From the NCBI RefSeq assembly GCF_009914755.1, contig NC_060926.1: 64,000 nucleotides of DNA. One strand, given 5' to 3'. The notes under the pieces were generated by a model that had not been told where the DNA came from, did no database searches, and worked only from the letters and a program-made list of their open reading frames with translations. Source of the stretch: the human T2T-CHM13v2.0 reference genome, Homo sapiens. A program made the position numbers and the translations under genes. Positions 1 through 16,479 of the stretch are shown in pieces; position 1 is the first letter of the stretch, and each line of letters opens with the position of its first letter.

Positions 1-1713
1 AAATAGCTTTTGTCATTTTTCAAATGAGCCACGCTAGCTTAGTCTAAACTTTCCTTTTCCCCACTTTTGAAATGTGATTTCCCTGAGGGCAGAAAACATG
101 TTATGGAAACTTTGGACCACATAGGACGCTGAAGATCATCTAGTGCTTGCTCAACAAACCCAGAGGCCCTCTTTATCATACTTCAAGTAAAAGTAGTTAA
201 TTATTTACTTATTTCCATGAGTTCCTGAAGGACTTGGGTGCAGAGGGGAATTCGCTCTTATTCTGCTTTTAAGTACTGGTAGCCTGTCAGTTTGATTTAG
301 TTTTGTAATTCTCGTTCTTTTTTTAAACTTTTGTTGTTGTTGTGCAAAAACTCTAACAAGATTTGCAGAGAAACACAACACATTGGTATGCAAGCCAGGT
401 TTGAGAAAAAGTAGGGCAAGCTGAGAGGAAACCAGTGGACTCCCCAGAAGAAATTGTACTTGCATTAATTTTTCTATTTTTATTCCTTTTTTTCTTTCCT
501 AGAGCTTGTGTTTGAACACTGCCAAGAATAAGCAAGACACAATGGGCTTTGCGAAGGGAAAGAAAAGAAGATAAGCACTGAACCCAAATGCCAAGATTAT
601 AAATGGAATAAAATTTCCTAAATTCTATGAGTGTTTCATCCCTAGCTTTAAAAATGCTGTATCTTTTTTTTCCCCCCTTAACAAGGCTAACTCAATACAC
701 TCTGCATATTTCTTTTTGTTTTATATTCTTGGTAGAGGAAAGGCCATTATAAAGTTTGAGCTGGGAGGACTTTTAAAAAATCACGCAATACAGTGCCCTC
801 ATTTGACAAATATGGACAATTTGACACAGGGGGTCATTGGGAGTAGCTGCGGTCAGGCACTGATCTTCTGTTTCCCAAACTGTTGCCCTTCCCACCAAAC
901 CACACTACCTTTTACTGGAAGATCATGATTAGAACTTTGCCTTTTTAAAATTTTTCCTCATAAATTCAGCCTTCCAAACTTTTAATCATTCTTATTCCCT
1001 TTCAACTAATCTCTAAAATTTTCAACATGGCATAAGGCAACAGATAACTTTTCAATAAAACATAAAATAATTAGCTCATTTGTTCATAATGGTATCAAAC
1101 ATTCCCACTTTCTAGCTTTACTTTTAAAAAAAAATTCTAATAGAAGTACTTGTTTGCTATTTTCTGACTTGAGACCAAATTCTCATGCATATATCTGTTT
1201 TTGCTCTTTTCCAGCTTATTTTCACGTACTACAGATCAGATTGCTGTTTAATACTGAATCCTGCTGCCTACTTCCTGTCATCTGTCCATCAATTCAAAAA
1301 TGAATATATAGAGAGAGATGTATTTCATAGTATCGACAGGACAAATTTTCTAAAGACTGAATGACTTTAAAACCTTTTCCAAATTGCTTGAAATCTTCTC
1401 TGACAAAAAAAAAAAATCAATATTAAAACATAATTCTAGGTAAGCAACAACAAAAAAAATAGGTCATCACTCTTCACATACGTGGAAAAATCATTCTTCA
1501 GGTACATGGAAAATGTCCAAGGGAAAACATCACTAAATGAACTACTGATTTCCTTTTTCCTGTTCTTTGAAATCAAATAAATCTAAGACAACTTTGGTGC
1601 TTAGTTGTGTGGGATGGGGTAGCAAAGGAGATAGAATATAGGCTTAATCATGGTAACTGGACTTTCATTGAAAAATAAAATACGCATATCAAACCAGTAA
1701 AAATCCATTGCAT

Positions 1714-2129
<416 letters not shown>

Positions 2130-3193
2130 TCAAACACTTCCTCAGAGGAAGAGAGAGGATCCAATTTGACTCCCAAATTACTTTGAACTCTGTACTTAAT
2201 GTCTTTCTGCCCAGCTGTCCCTTCTAATCACCTTTCTATCCACACTGAAAATACTGAAGTTTATCTAGGATAAACACTGAAGTTTTTCTAGGATCACAAA
2301 ATCAAAAAATATGATTATAGTTAAAAACATCTTTGGGACAATCTACTTCCTCTGCTTAATTTTATAGACAAGGAAACTTATCTAGTAACAGAGTATTCAG
2401 TTTGCTGAAGAACACGTGGAAAATTATCCTAAATAAGTTAGTAAACGTAAATTACTGGTTGGCAATTTATTCCAAACAAAATTTTGTTTTGTTTATTCTA
2501 AAAGAAAATTACTCTTGGTGGTGCAGGCGAGTCCTTTAGATTAGTTTAATAGTAAATGTAGTTTATATCTGAATATTTAAAGAACACTTTTCACTTGCCC
2601 TCAATGTTCAACCCCAAGCATATATGAAAACACACACGTAGGAAAACTAAGAATTTCGTTTAGTTAAAATTAAGAATTTCCTTTAGTTAAAAGCAAATAA
2701 TGTCCTTTAGTCAAAAGTTTAGTTTCCTTTCGTTAAAACGTCTCTGGACTGTCCCTTCCAGATCCTTAAATTTCAGAACTGAAAGAGCTGGAGTGGAGCT
2801 GGTTGGTGAAAAGCAAGCTTCCTCCACTGAGTTTACTTCGTGTAGGAGAAACTTAAATGTGGGAAATAATTTTAGGGTAAAGAAAGCCTCAGTTTTAGCC
2901 TTTCCTAGGTTGTAGAGATCTGGAAGATAATTCTGAGAAAGAAACCAAGAAGAAGCTAAGACCTCAGTTACAGGGTCTGGAATGGTCAGGTCAGCACGAG
3001 GACTGGCCTGTGAAGTCTTCTGATGATCTAAAGGAGTGCAGGACATGGCAGACCTGGCACTCTTCAGACCCTCAGAGAAGAACCAACTGGTTATTTCTCT
3101 TCAAGCAATCACTTAAGGTGGCACTTTCCTGAAAGGAAAGACCATTCATTATTGCTATGGATTGTCAAGGGAATTTGTAGATAGTCTTCTTCT

Positions 3194-3499
<306 letters not shown>

Positions 3500-4490
3500 T
3501 TAAGTTTTTAGTTTTTCAGTGTTAAGCAAGACCTCTGGGGAAGAGGGTTAGATGAAATCCAGTGACCACACGTAAGAACTGAGCGGTATCATTGAGCATC
3601 CATCTGGCCCTAAAAAAGCAGAGAAAGTATCCAGAATAGATTAAAATATATATCTCATTCTCTCTCTCTTTTTTTTTAAAGGGGGAGGCAAAATGGAAAT
3701 TGCCCTAGCCTGAATCCTAGCATTTGCAGTAGAGAACATGCTGGAAGACACTATCAAAAATCAGTTTGTGGGGCCACAGTTCCTGCCAGAGTAACCTAAT
3801 TGTCTGACTCACTTTTAATCTCAGTGGATGTGGTGAGAATGACTGATGTTGCTTAACAGCATTTAGTCTTGGTGTTAAATATGGGAAATTTACAAAAAGA
3901 TTCTTATCTACGGAGGAGTGGAAAACATCACCACACAGAGATGAAAGGGCCCAAGAGAGGAGAAGGTGGGAAATGTCCCCTTCCTGCCACACGTTTCATC
4001 TGTGCATGTAGCTCCGACTGGCTTCAAAGGAAAATCTGCACCCAAGCACCCAAAAGAAGTAGCTAAGTGTGTGGTGGGACTGAACAGCAGGCCCATTACA
4101 ATAGCATTCCAAAAAAAAATTTAAAAGCCAAGTATATGTATGACCTGAAGGTACTCATGGAAAAATGACAAACTATTCAAAACTGAAAAGAGGCTTACTA
4201 AAATATTGTTACCAGGTGCAAAGAGAATCATTTCTCAACATTATAGTTTTTAATACAAGAGAAGAAAGATTTGGAGCAACAAATCACAGAAAGAGCTTTT
4301 CTTAAAAAACAACGTTGTATGACTTTAATATGCAATTTTCTGTGCCCCTAATTCCCAGACTAGCTTACACATCAGATGGATCTTGTTAGTATAGTTGAAG
4401 ATGGAAGGAAACATTGCTGGTTCCTCTTCTCATAAACGTACCATGTGATAGAGCTCACTTCTAAAAAGAGATGAGGAAAATAAAGGCATA

Positions 4491-4550
4491 AGATATATAT
4501 ACCATGTAACAAAACTGCACTTGTACCCCTTACATTTATACAAGTTTTTA
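4491..4550 (+). mobile_element. Extremely 5'-truncated L1 3' tip (L1PB/L1MA-like)
   Basis: CCATGTAACAAAACTGCACTTGTACCCCTTA, same 3' terminus as the fragment at 47161-47363; flanked by ATAAAGGCA direct repeat. Confidence 0.7.
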
Positions 4551-4967
4551 TAAAGGCAAATGTAAGTATGCTTTCTTTAAAAAACTAAAAAGATACATAT
4601 ACCAAAATATTTAAAGTCTTCCCATGACAGCATATTGAGTAAACAACCATTGGCACTACTATATATTTTTGCAGCTATAAGAGTCATTAGTTGTTATGTG
4701 CTAACATATAAAAGGAATCAAATTTAATATATCCAATTTGGAGGAAACTGTCCTATTGTCCTTTGTCAATTATAGGTTTTAAACATCCTTTATGAAATCA
4801 CGTTTTGATGTCTTGATTTAGGAAATATGATCAGAGTAACTTGACATCAAATTAATCATACCTACTTTCTTATCATATTTGCTTTACACATTTTATAGAC
4901 ACAAAAACTTGAGTTGATGGTCTAGATTAAACTCAACCATTTCCTGGAGAGAATCTGCGAATATTCT

Positions 4968-6070
<1,103 letters not shown>

Positions 6071-7344
6071 AACCTAAGAATTTTGCTCTGTTATGTGACC
6101 CAATTTCATTACTACCACTACAGCCAAGCTCTTCCAAACAGTGTTCAACTTCTGAGTCCCAAAAATTAACTCATGAAAACCTTGCCACATTGGGAAATCT
6201 AATTTTTTCTTTATTTCACACTACAGAAGCCATTGGCAATGGAAGGTTAATAAATAACATTTCATAGCTTTCCAAAAACAATCATTCTGAAAGCGAAGCG
6301 AAATACTCATCTTGAGCTCAACTAGAAAATGGAAGGTCTGACCATCTCTTCAGACCAATGTCCCCTCAGGGAATCTGGCCTGAACATCAAAAGGCTGTCA
6401 TGAAATTCGTTTCAATTGCTTCATCTTCCTCTATCGGGCAACCCCCCCGTGGTTACCATGAAGTCATACTCTACCACTGAATCTTATGAGTAGGAGAAGT
6501 GCTTGGATGGCAATGGTGAGGCAGCTGGAGGTGGGCCTTTAAGGATCTGTTCAAAGGAATGGTTTAGAATAGTCTAAGCTATAAAAATAATCATAAACTA
6601 TATTAAAAGGAAAATGGAGTTAGTCAATGCTATGGATACCCACTTGAGTGAAGAAAATAGTGTAGGTAGCATGGCAGACATCTCCTATAAGTAGCCGGAA
6701 ATATTTAGCTAACAATATTGGCCTTGGCCCTCTGATAATTGTTTTTCAAATATACTTAAATATGAGCAGAAGAAGGTCTTCTTCAATAGTGTCTCTGATT
6801 CTAAGCCCTTGTAAACACATTATTACCTATTGTTTACTCTAACACTATTGGAGCCAAACTCGGAAGGAGAGTAGAACCCTTGGAGCTTGAATGGCCAAAT
6901 GAAGACCCCCATGAGGGAAGACCTACAAGGGAATGCATGTGTGTGATGCTGGGAATTGATGTATTGCCAGGGGCCAGGTTGGGCTGATTCCAGGCTATCA
7001 GTTAAAGTGATGTGATGCCAGGAGAGAACAAGTGTATCAATATCCAGGGAATGGAGGAGGCTGAGAGCTGACTTGGAAACTGAGTGTGACAGTAAGAAGG
7101 ACATTACAGAAGAGAATACAGAGGAATAAGAAAGACAAAATAAGACATAACCGGATGAGTTCCAAAACAAATCCATGAGTATGACCTTCCACCCTGTCTC
7201 CACATCTCTCATATGCACAGCCTACTTTGCTATGCTTGCTCAGATGTGTTCTTCAACAGCAGACCTCAGCTGGTGTTACAGGCCTAGTTTCAACGTCAGA
7301 GGGCCAACATCAATGATACCAGTTGTTCAGGCCCTGCTCTGATG

Positions 7345-7664
7345 GGCGTCTGATGGGAACCCAGCCACCATACTCTGAGAAAGCCAAGCAGCTCCATGGA
7401 AAGACCACGTGAAGGTGTTCTAGCCGCAGGGTCACCTGTGGACTTAACTGAAAGCCAGCATCAAACACCACACATGTGAGCAACTGAGCCTTCATATGAT
7501 TCCAGCCCTTAATCCCTGCACCACCCCAGCTGATCTTGAGTGTAGCAAAGATGAGGTTTTCCAGCAAAGACCTGTTCAAACTGCAGGTCTGTGGGCAAAA
7601 TAAATGTTAATTTCAGCCACTAAGTGTTGGGATCATTTGTTACTTAACAGCAGATAACCAGAAT
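7345..7664 (+). mobile_element. MaLR LTR fragment (MLT1 family)
   Basis: MLT1-type motifs CCAGCATCAAACACCACACATGTGAG, AATAAATG...CAGCCACTAAGTGTTGGGATCATTTGTTAC...GCAGATAACCAGAA. Confidence 0.75.
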
Positions 7665-8097
7665 GGTACACATAGTATGACTTCAGAATTTACAGTGAAT
7701 TCAGGGAGACAAGCATGTTCACAGATGCGTCAACCATGTCAAGGTACGACACATGTACCTTAATTGATCCATACATAAAAATGAATGTGTATGCATATGC
7801 ATATCTAGTTTAGGCATAGAAAATTTCTAATACATAAAATTAAAAATAGTTACCTCTGTGGAGTAGTCCTGGGTTGTTAGGGAAGGAAGACTTCTTTTTA
7901 TTTGTCTCTTTGTATGTTCTAATCCTGGTTTTATACACGTACTTACTTCATAACTTCAAAAACAGTTTAAAGTTTCAAAATAATGGTAAAATAAGAGAAA
8001 AAAGGCTAAACAAGTCCTATAGGCACCCCATGAGTACTACACGTTAGATACCCCTTGAGAACAGTAGGCAACCAAGTTGTTGGGAAAAGCTGCATTT

Positions 8098-8220
8098 TAT
8101 CTCTGTGTCTCAGTTTCACATCTATGTAAAAAACAGTGCCAACCTCATAGGATTTTTGTGGAAATTAAAGTTCTGTAGGACTACCTGACACAATAGTAAG
8201 CACTCAATAAAAATTAATAA
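8098..8220 (+). mobile_element. MIR SINE fragment
   Basis: MIR core CTCTGTGTCTCAGTTTCACATCT...ACCTCATAGG...TAGTAAGCACTCAATAAA. Confidence 0.7.
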
Positions 8221-10969
8221 AAATATCTAAGAAACCTGGAGCTGCTGAGCACTGGCATGGCATATGAACACAGGGCCCCAAGTGGCAAAATTTGACTGTT
8301 ACTTTAAGGAGAAATACCTTTTGTTCTCCTTATATCAAAGAATAAAAAGGAGCCAGCATTTTAGATACAATGGCAAGGGAAGGTGTAATTTGGCTCTGTA
8401 ACAATGTGATAACTTCTGCAAATGCCACATTGACTTACATTTTCCAAAACACAAAAGACCATGAAATTAAAACCTCCATCCCACTTCCCCATTCTGCTTC
8501 TCCTTCTTCAGGGTGTTCACTGGGCGTGACAAGTTGTCTGTGTATTACAGATGACTGTCATCCATAGGTGGCCGAGGAAATTGTGTTTACGATAGTTTGA
8601 CATCTAATGTTTAGCTTCTCCCTGTATTTTAAGAAACTAGACATTATCTCAATTATGTAAAAGAATTACCAATTTTTTCACTTGTTTTCCTGTGTAGGTT
8701 TCGCATTCAAGTTATTTAGGGTGGGCTAAGTCACTTAAAAGATCGAGTGGGGTGATTCAGCCTTCTTCTCCCCCAAAGTGTTCCATGTTCTAAAAAGTTT
8801 GCAAAAACATGATCTAGTTCTAGAAGTATGAAGGGTTGGAGTAGTCTAAGGGATAGGGAGAAGTTGAAATTGCCCATGAGATTACGTGACAGAAGACCAT
8901 AACCGTAAGTATTTTCATAATTGACAAGGAGTTATTTTAAGTTTTTTAGATTTCAGGGTAATGGTGTCATCATTCTGCTTGCAAAGTCAAATGAGTAATG
9001 ATCAGTTCCTCTCTGATTCAGGGACTTCTGTTGCTGCTTCCTGTTTGGTTTAACTCACCCAAGTATCTTAGAAACATGAAATATTGTTTCAGCTTGGTAA
9101 GGATGTCTGGGCTTGATTTTTTTTTTTCTTACGAACCAGGTGTTTTACCCCATGCAAATTTCTGGCATTTCAGGAAAAAATTTTTGTTTTCTTTTCTTCA
9201 ACTTGAGGATGATTTCACCTACTCAAAATATAAGAAAACTCTTTACCTCCACAATTTTTTAGAAGGAAAAACCTTCCAAAAAATAGAGAAATGCTGTGTG
9301 GTCAGGAATACTTTGTTGAATTTTATTAATTTAGCCACTTTAAATCCCTTTTGGCATAAACTCAGTGAGATTAAATAAACCAAGAGAGTGACTAAATAAC
9401 AAAACCTCTCTGATTCCATCACTGTGCAGTGAATATGAACAAATGTGTATGTGAATTTTAATGAATATGAAGAGTGGGCTATACAAATTACATACTTGAA
9501 GTTCTTAGTGATACGTTAAATTGAATTGTATAAGGGCATGAAGAGTTCCTAATTAACTCTATATGAAGTTCTTGAAAGAGGAAAAAAATCACCTACAAGA
9601 ATTCTGTGACAACCGTTATCCAGGACTTTTAAACGCTGGTTTAAATCACCAGCAAACAAGCTGTACATAGGATTTACATAGTCAACTCATGTTGATAAAA
9701 CATAGTCAGCTCCAGGTCTTCCAGACCATTTCCCCCTCATTTTGGAAAAGGAAACCATCTTCAGATAACAAGCCAAGGACTCTTGTTGATATCTTGTAAG
9801 CACCCTTTTATCACAAGTAATTAGCACACAGACTGCTTCAACAGAAAAGGCACTGAGGTTCACATTACTTCAAAACAACAAGAAATACAGCCCCATTAGC
9901 CCATAGTCTGGGGCTAACCACAGCTTCTATTCTTAGCCTCCCAGGGTCCATCTCTTACTCCACCACTGAAACCATCTCTTCAATGCTCTGATGAGAAACA
10001 ACAGGACACCTACTCTAACTTCATTCCCTCTAGGTAAGGAATTCCACACTTTCTTACCTATCTGCCAAAGCACACACACCAGTTCACAGCCTCTTACCTA
10101 GGGTAGAGGGTAAAAATTTAAACTTCCATTTTTATGCATTATTTCCTGCTCATTTGTATGGGCCATGTTTGCTCGTCAATTTAACGTAGTGTCTACAGCC
10201 TGGGATGCAGTGGAGAACTTCAGAGGTCTCTAACTTTCCTTCAATAATGGTATCTGCCCACACAATGGAAGCTTATTAGTACATGAAAACCCTGCTTATT
10301 CAGGATTTAAACATCTGGAAAGCTAGAATAAGCAATTCTAATTTTGCAGCAAAGAGAAAAAACATAAGTAAAATTGTTTTGTTATAAATTTTTTTTCAAA
10401 TCATAAAGCTTCTACAGCATACCAAAGGGTCGTTGTATTGGCAGGGTAAAAAAAGGGGTTGCTGATGTTAATTTTGACTTGATAATCCAAGCATTTCTCT
10501 CCCTGTCCCGAAGAAGGGTGGTTTCAACTAAAGAATTTCAGATCATTTTTTGCCAAGAATTAACACCCCTAAGCCCATAATGACTGACATCCAGCAGTCA
10601 GTACAAACAAAAATGAAACAAAACAGAAAGTCAGCACCTAGTGACTCTTCTGCCCTTGGATGGAGTGGTCAGGCCTCTCTGCTGCTTGCTGACTCTGGAG
10701 TCTGACACCCTTGCTTCCCTCCAATGGGCCTGTTTGCCCTCAAGAAGACCCTTTTCTTGCCTTGAAACCTGCAATAACCGTCAAAGCCACAGGGCCCATC
10801 TGGCTGTTCCAGTCAAATTGCTGCCAGTGGTCCCCGTAACAGGAAGCATGGCGGCACAGGTTTCCTGAATCAAGGGTACTTGTGCTCAGTGGAATTCTGG
10901 TGTTAACAATGGTATATTAAGTTTTATATTTGTTCCGTATGCTGAGAATACTATTCAGTAAACTGAAGT

Positions 10970-11095
10970 TTCTTAAACTCTCTGAACCTCAGTCACCTAA
11001 ACCACAAAATGAAGATAATAATATTTATTTTTGCAGGGTTGTTCTGATGATGTGAAAAAAAATGCCTAGGACATTGGCTACTATATAGTCACTCA
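10970..11095 (+). mobile_element. MIR SINE fragment
   Basis: CTCTCTGAACCTCAGT...AAAATGAAGATAATAATA...CAGGGTTGTT core. Confidence 0.6.
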
Positions 11096-11109
11096 AAAAA
11101 CAAAACCCT

Positions 11110-11481
<372 letters not shown>

Positions 11482-11627
11482 TTAGAAGTAGCAGTAACAT
11501 TAATAAAGATATCTGGAATGATATTAGAACAATGATGAGAAGGGGGAAACAAGCTGAGACCCAGCATATCACTGACCAATCAAGCTCTGAAGAACAATTG
11601 TGGCAAGCATGAGAATGCTAAAGTTCA

Positions 11628-11956
<329 letters not shown>

Positions 11957-12569
11957 TTTGAGTCAGTGAAGTCTGCTTCCCAGCAGAGCAGAGATGAATC
12001 TACAGAAGGCATCCTGGAGAAATGGCAGCATCACTTCAGCCTTCTCCACCCACATCCTCTCTAATGAGGCTATTCACTAGTGGGGTCCATTCTCAGAGGT
12101 CACTCCAGTGGGTATCAAACCAACCTCCAGAGAAGTTAGACCTGTGGTCAGACCCCAGAAGAGTTCTTCAATCCAGGGAAACATCTTCAAGATTTTTCTT
12201 CATGAAAAAAAATCAGTTTTAATACATTTTTCTTTTTAATGTGTGTTAAATAACCCTGAGAATACACCTCAAAAATTTCAGTGATGCCATCATCACCAAC
12301 AGCAAACAGAGATTAAAGATTTGTATGTCCCCATTACTTGCCATAGCCTGTCCAAGCTTGGTTTGGATGATTGACTGCTTTGTCACCCTGGAACTCCTGG
12401 AATCCCAGTGTATCCTTTGGGGGAGACCTGGAAGCATGAGACCCACAGCTTTAAGCCTTTCTTTTTTGGGTTCTGGATTACTTCTCTGGGAAACTTTCCT
12501 TCATCACTCCTTCTAAAGGGTAATCTGAGTGTCCTTCCTGTGGACTGGGTTCCATTACAGCACAGAGGA

Positions 12570-12740
12570 TTTTTCTTAACACTGCATATTTTAATTAGCT
12601 CTCTTGTCTGCATTTCCACTAGACCGTAAGCTCTCTCATGGTACAGGCTCTTTCCTCTTTTCCACTGTGCATGTCTAGCACCTAGCAGAGTGCCTGGCAA
12701 TGGTTGGTGCTCTCTCTATATTTGCCATATGAATGGATGA
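12570..12740 (+). mobile_element. L2 LINE 3' end
   Basis: CCACTAGACCGTAAGCTC...CTAGCACCTAGCAGAGTGCCTGGCA...GAATGGATGA. Confidence 0.7.
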
Positions 12741-14659
12741 GTGCTAGAGCTAGAGGTAATGGTGGCAGAGTACATACATCACAGGTTAATGGCAACAGAT
12801 TCCAAGAGGGAACAGAGGGGTTTATGGGACATGAAGTCAAGTCCCAGGCTAATATAGCTCCATGCCTCTAAACAAACTTAGTGACTCCAAAGGTATTTGA
12901 GCCTACTTGTAGACATTCCAGTTTTAAATTTGCATGTTACAATTCTGGTTGTGACTTTATACTTACAAAGCAGCAGCCAAAGTTATAGCTATACTACCGG
13001 TAGGTATGTACCACAGAGAGATGAACTGGCCCAAGGGACAAGATGTTCCTGTAAACAGGCATTTGCATTTGAAAATGTGGCATTTGGGGTACAGTACTTG
13101 GTGGCAGCCAAAACTGCCTTCAGAGAGAAAGTATAGATGGAAGAAGAAAGTGAGAGTGGAGGAGTGTGAATACATATGCATCATCTCCTTGGCTCAGCAG
13201 AGCACAGCAGCAAAATAATGCATATGCCATGATGATTAATGCCCTGGGACTCAGTCATGCTTTGCAGATCCAACAACCAGCATCTCATACCTTGGGCTGA
13301 TGGAGAACCCAATGCAATCTTACTAAGACTAAATGCAAAGAAATGTTCTAGAGGAAAGAAATGTTGTAGTGACAATTCAATGGAAAACACAGTTTTAAGT
13401 ATATTTTATTTCTGTAAAAGTTTATTGGGCATAAGCAATTATGTTTATGTTTTAACAAAAATATACTGCTATTTCCTAAAAAGAAATTCAGGAAAACAAC
13501 ATTTTTTTCCTCTCAGCCTACATAAGTGATCACTTACTGCTGGAATATGAGATTAGGTAGTGGTAGACAGGCTATAGCAAGAGAAGACACGATCAAGGCC
13601 CCAGGGTAATTTGAAGAGGGAGGGAGAAACTGAAGAAATGAACATGAGTGTGTGGACCAGGCATCCATTATGCTGAGGACAAGTATGTAAAGGCCTGAGT
13701 TCAGGAGGCTTTTTTCAGTATCAAGAAATCCAAGTGAGAACTAAAAAATAGGGACATAAATTCTCCTAACCATAGAGCAGATTCTACAGGCAAGAGATAC
13801 AAATATCTACCTTCCTGGGAAATAAAGTGTTTGAAGAAAATAATGAGACCTTCAAACTCCTCTAAGGCATTTTAGAAAGTCTAACTGCAATAAAGATAAG
13901 AAAGTTGGAAACTTCCACATATTTAGACTATAAAAATCAAAGTAATAGCTAATAGACAAATTACATCTACTTTTGCTGCCCCCCTCCCCCAAAATTAAAA
14001 TATTGCATAAATTGAAAGGTCATGGACTTAAACAAAATAAAGAGAAAATAGAGACTGATTTTGAAGATTTATTATTTTGAAAACATCTTAACCAAAATAT
14101 TTTAGAGGTTGAAAATATATGTGGCATCTATAAAAATGTAAATTTGGGCAGAGAACTGGTTTGTTTTAGAAAAACAAAACTCACTTTCATCACAAGACAG
14201 AGAAGCTCAGGTCTTTCCTTGCAGCCGTTCTATACACTTCAGTGCTTTGAAGGAGCTGGCCATGAGCACGAATTACTCCAGTATTTCTATTTGCTCTAAA
14301 CTCCATTCCAACTCTGCCTTCACTTCAGATTTGTAGTCATATCCGTGAGCCTCTCACCATTTCTAATGATCTGCCCTTTTTTATTTGTCTCGGTATTTCC
14401 TTTTGTATTTGTTTCTTTTCCTTATTTAAATACATTTTTCCCATGATTATCTCTCTGTTGCAGATAATTTGTAAAGTAGAGAGGATCCCACTACCACCAA
14501 AAATCATCATGAACATTTGTCTTAACCTCCCTAGTCCTTTTTTATTATTGATTTTAACCAGATGAGATAATTATGCATAAATAACTATGTATATTCTCTT
14601 ATTACACTTAAATAGTGTATCTTAAAACACTATCTTGTTACACTTAAACACTAACACTA

Positions 14660-16460
14660 CCCGCTATAATTTTCTTTTATCACTAATAACTAATCACAAC
14701 ATGATTTTAATAGTGATATGACAGTCCATACTATAGCAGAACCATAATTTTCTAGTTTGATAGTAATCTAATTTTATTAAATATTGTTATTTCTGATAGT
14801 TCACTGTTAGAAATAATAATGTGATCAAATTTGAACATAAATCTTTGTCCATATAACTATTAGTATAAATCCTTACATTAAAAAATAGTGGTTTAAACCC
14901 CATTGAAAAGTAGGCAAAGGATATGAACAGACACTTCTCAAAAGAAGCGATATATGTGGCCAACAAGGATATGAAAAAAAGCTTAATATCACTGATCACT
15001 GGAAAAATGCAAATCAAAACCATGATGAGGTACCATCTCGCACCAGTCAGAATGGCTGTTGTTAAAAATTCAAAAAAATAACAGATGCTGGCCAGTTTGC
15101 AGAGAAAAGAGAACACTAATACACTGTTGGTGGGAGTGTAAATTAGTTCAACCATTGTGGAAAGCAGTATGGCAATTCCTCAAAGAGCTAAAAGCAGAAC
15201 CACCATTCCACCCGGCAATCCCATTACTAGGTATATACTCAGATGACTATAAATCATTCTACCATAAAGACATATGTATGCGAATGTTCATTGCAGCACT
15301 ATTAATGATAGCAAAGACACGGAATCAGGCTAAACGCCCATCAAACGACATCAATGACAGACTAGATAAAGGCAATGTGGTCCATATACACCATGGAATA
15401 CTGTGCAACCATGAAAAAAGAATAAGATCACGTCTTTCGTGGGAACATGAATGGAGCTAGAGGCTATTATCCTTAGCAAACTAATGCAGGAACAGAAAAC
15501 CAAAAACTGCATGTTCTCATTTTTAAATGATAAGAACTTATGAACGCAAAGAAGGAAACGACAGACACTTGGGTCTACTTGAGGGTGGAGACGGGGAGGA
15601 GGGAGAGGAGTACACAAGATAACTATTGAGTACTGGGCTTAAAACCTGGGTGATGAAATAATATGTACAACAAACCCCCATGACACGTGTTTATCTATGT
15701 AAATGAACCTTCGTATGTACCCTCAGAACTAAAAGTTAAAAAAATAGGGGTCTGAAAAATATAACTATTTTTAAGTCTCTTGATGGATATTGCTAAATTA
15801 TTGGCAGAAAGATTGTACATGAAGTTACTGATCTTGCAGAACTCCCAACAGCTTTAGTTATTACCAGTTAAAAGTCTTTGATAAAATGTGCTCTGTGGAA
15901 AATGCTTACTAATTTTGCTTTATTTTCCATTTTTAAAAATTCGCCCTTCATATTTTACAAAAAAAAGAGTATTTTTCATACTTTGCTCATATTTTAAGCA
16001 CTTCCGCTTTCTCTTTTGTTATTTTCTTCAAATGTATATGAAAATCACAGTTTCTTACATGTGTTGGTTATTTGTCTTCATTTTGTTTATGATATACAGA
16101 AATATTTCATTTCATTCATCAGTCTTTCCTCTGTGATTTTCTTAATTGCTTTTATGTTTAGAAAATCATTTTCTATCCAGAGATAAGATAAATACTCATC
16201 TATATTTCTTCCAAGTTATTTTGGTTTAACTCTTTATATTTAACTCTTTAACCCACTTGGAATAAAATGGGTAATTATCTTTAAGGGGGGATTGCCTAAA
16301 CTGGACTTTTCAATCCAAATAACCAATTTCTCCAAATAGCAACCCTTGTTGGGTTGGATAATTTTATAATGAAACTATACCCTAGTTTCTACCTCCAATC
16401 TATTTATTTTTGTTACATAAATAGTTCTAATTTTTAACCAGTTTCATGTTGTTTTTATTA
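14660..16460 (-). mobile_element. Old L1 (L1ME-like) fragment, interrupted by a younger L1
   Basis: Degenerate antisense L1 3'/ORF2 motifs that continue across the 14895-15744 insertion; boundaries approximate. Confidence 0.5.
14895..15744 (+). mobile_element. 5'-truncated L1 (older L1PA, about PA13-16): ORF2 C-terminus and 3' UTR
   Basis: Translates to the L1 ORF2 C-terminal cysteine-rich region (HCWWECKLVQPLWK...PAIPLLGIY); L1 3' UTR; TSD-like AAAAAATAGTGGT / AAAAAATAGGGGT. Confidence 0.92.
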
Positions 16461-16479
16461 TTGTGGCTTTTTGCAACCC

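Noticed and set aside
1215-1439. Plus-strand exon candidate (cttttccag| ... TAG|gtaagc)
   Set aside because: Isolated, AT-rich with an internal A-run and no partner exons found; such motif pairs occur by chance
2711-3046. 111-aa minus-strand ORF (MSCTPLDHQK...)
   Set aside because: No recognisable domain, no supporting splice or promoter context, ends in the minisatellite; compatible with a chance ORF
8998-9378. 126-aa ORF with hydrophobic start (MISSSLIQGLLLLLPVWF)
   Set aside because: Phe/Lys-rich composition reflects AT-rich DNA; no recognisable homology or exon structure
13040-13345. Octamer ATTTGCAT (13061-13068) and nearby ATGCA motifs as a POU enhancer
   Set aside because: An 8-mer of this composition is expected several times in 64 kb; no independent support
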